From NCBI GenBank assembly GCA_963705305.1, contig OY970067.1, forward strand, positions 4,480,001 through 4,544,000: a DNA stretch of 64,000 nt, written 5' to 3'. Each line of letters starts with the position of its first letter. Within the stretch, counting starts at the first letter, position 1. Below, piece by piece: positions 63,433 to 64,000 of this stretch. The stretch is from an uncultured Methylomirabilota bacterium. Lineage in GTDB: Bacteria > Methylomirabilota > Methylomirabilia > Methylomirabilales > 2-02-FULL-66-22. The notes beneath the pieces are model-generated. The model worked only from the letters and a program-made list of their open reading frames with translations. It was not told where the DNA came from and searched no databases. The position numbers and the translations under genes were made by a program.

Positions 63433-64000
63433 ATGCAAGAGCCCATCCAGGCGGTGTGGAATACAGCCTACACGAAGGTCAACGAGGAGTACCTCAAGCG
63501 GCGCACCATCTCGATCGATCCCATCACGCGGCTGGAAGGCCACGGCAAGATCGATATCTTCCTGGACGAGAAGGGCGAGGTGGAGCGGGCCTACTTCCAG
63601 GTTCCCGAGCTCAGGGGCTTCGAGACCTTCAGCATTGGTCGTCCCGCCGAGGACATGCCCCAGATCACCAGCCGCATCTGCGGTGTCTGTCCCACCGCAC
63701 ACCACATGGCCGGCACCCGGGCCCTGGACGACCTGTACAAGGTGCAGCCGCCCCCCACGGCCACCAAAATCCGGGAGCTGGTCTACAACACCTTCATGCT
63801 GGAGGACCACGCCCTCCACGTGTATATCCTGGGCGGGCCGGACTTCATCGTCGGCCCCCAGGCGCCCAAGGAGCTGCGAAATGTCGTGGGGGTGATCCAG
63901 AAGGTGGGCGTGGATGTCGGCAAGAAGGTGATCTCCATGCGGCGCCGGCTCCGCGAGCTCATCAGCTACTTCGGCGGCAAGGTCATCCATCCCGTCCTGG
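63433..64000 (+). CDS. mvhA: Group 3c [NiFe]-hydrogenase large subunit (3'-truncated by window)
   Basis: Not in the ORF track; read manually as MQEPIQ...[13 protein letters not shown]...ELRGFE...RICGVCPTAH, open to the end. Confidence 0.92.
   Translation, partial: MQEPIQAVWNTAYTKVNEEYLKRRTISIDPITRLEGHGKIDIFLDEKGEVERAYFQVPELRGFETFSIGRPAEDMPQITSRICGVCPTAHHMAGTRALDDLYKVQPPPTATKIRELVYNTFMLEDHALHVYILGGPDFIVGPQAPKELRNVVGVIQKVGVDVGKKVISMRRRLRELISYFGGKVIHPVL

Noticed and set aside
49937..64000. Methanogenesis or sulfate-reduction inference from hdr/mvh/qmo genes
   Set aside because: Core genes are bacterial and no mcr, apr, sat or dsr genes are in the window; Hdr-Mvh modules are widespread in bacteria

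Overview
High-GC bacterial chromosome segment in three parts. (1) 1-8.7 kb is accessory DNA: a frameshifted secreted protein with a Zn-dependent phospholipase C/P1-nuclease-like motif set, a RAYT-like HUH transposase bounded by perfect 25-bp inverted repeats, ggt, a dienelactone hydrolase and hypothetical genes. (2) 8.5-19.5 kb is a minus-strand housekeeping cluster: rplM-rpsI-argC-argJ-rpsB-tsf-pyrH-frr-cdsA-lnt-prfB, with the canonical prfB +1 frameshift and an rpsB leader RNA. (3) 20-64 kb is a plus-strand hydrogen-metabolism island with five [NiFe]-hydrogenase large subunits. These are a group 3b enzyme; an Mrp-linked group 4 complex headed by an AsrAB-like NAD(P)H module; a Hyc/Hyf-like group 4 complex headed by an FdhF paralogue lacking its catalytic residues plus another AsrAB-like module, behind a sigma54/IHF promoter; an HdrA-MvhDGA-HdrA-wHTH-QmoC module with no APS reductase in the window; and a canonical HdrCBA-MvhDGA that runs off the end. 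hypAB lie within the island. Three families of small intergenic repeats are present. Three single-base frameshifts are probably sequencing errors. All calls rest on motif recognition by eye; no database searches were run.
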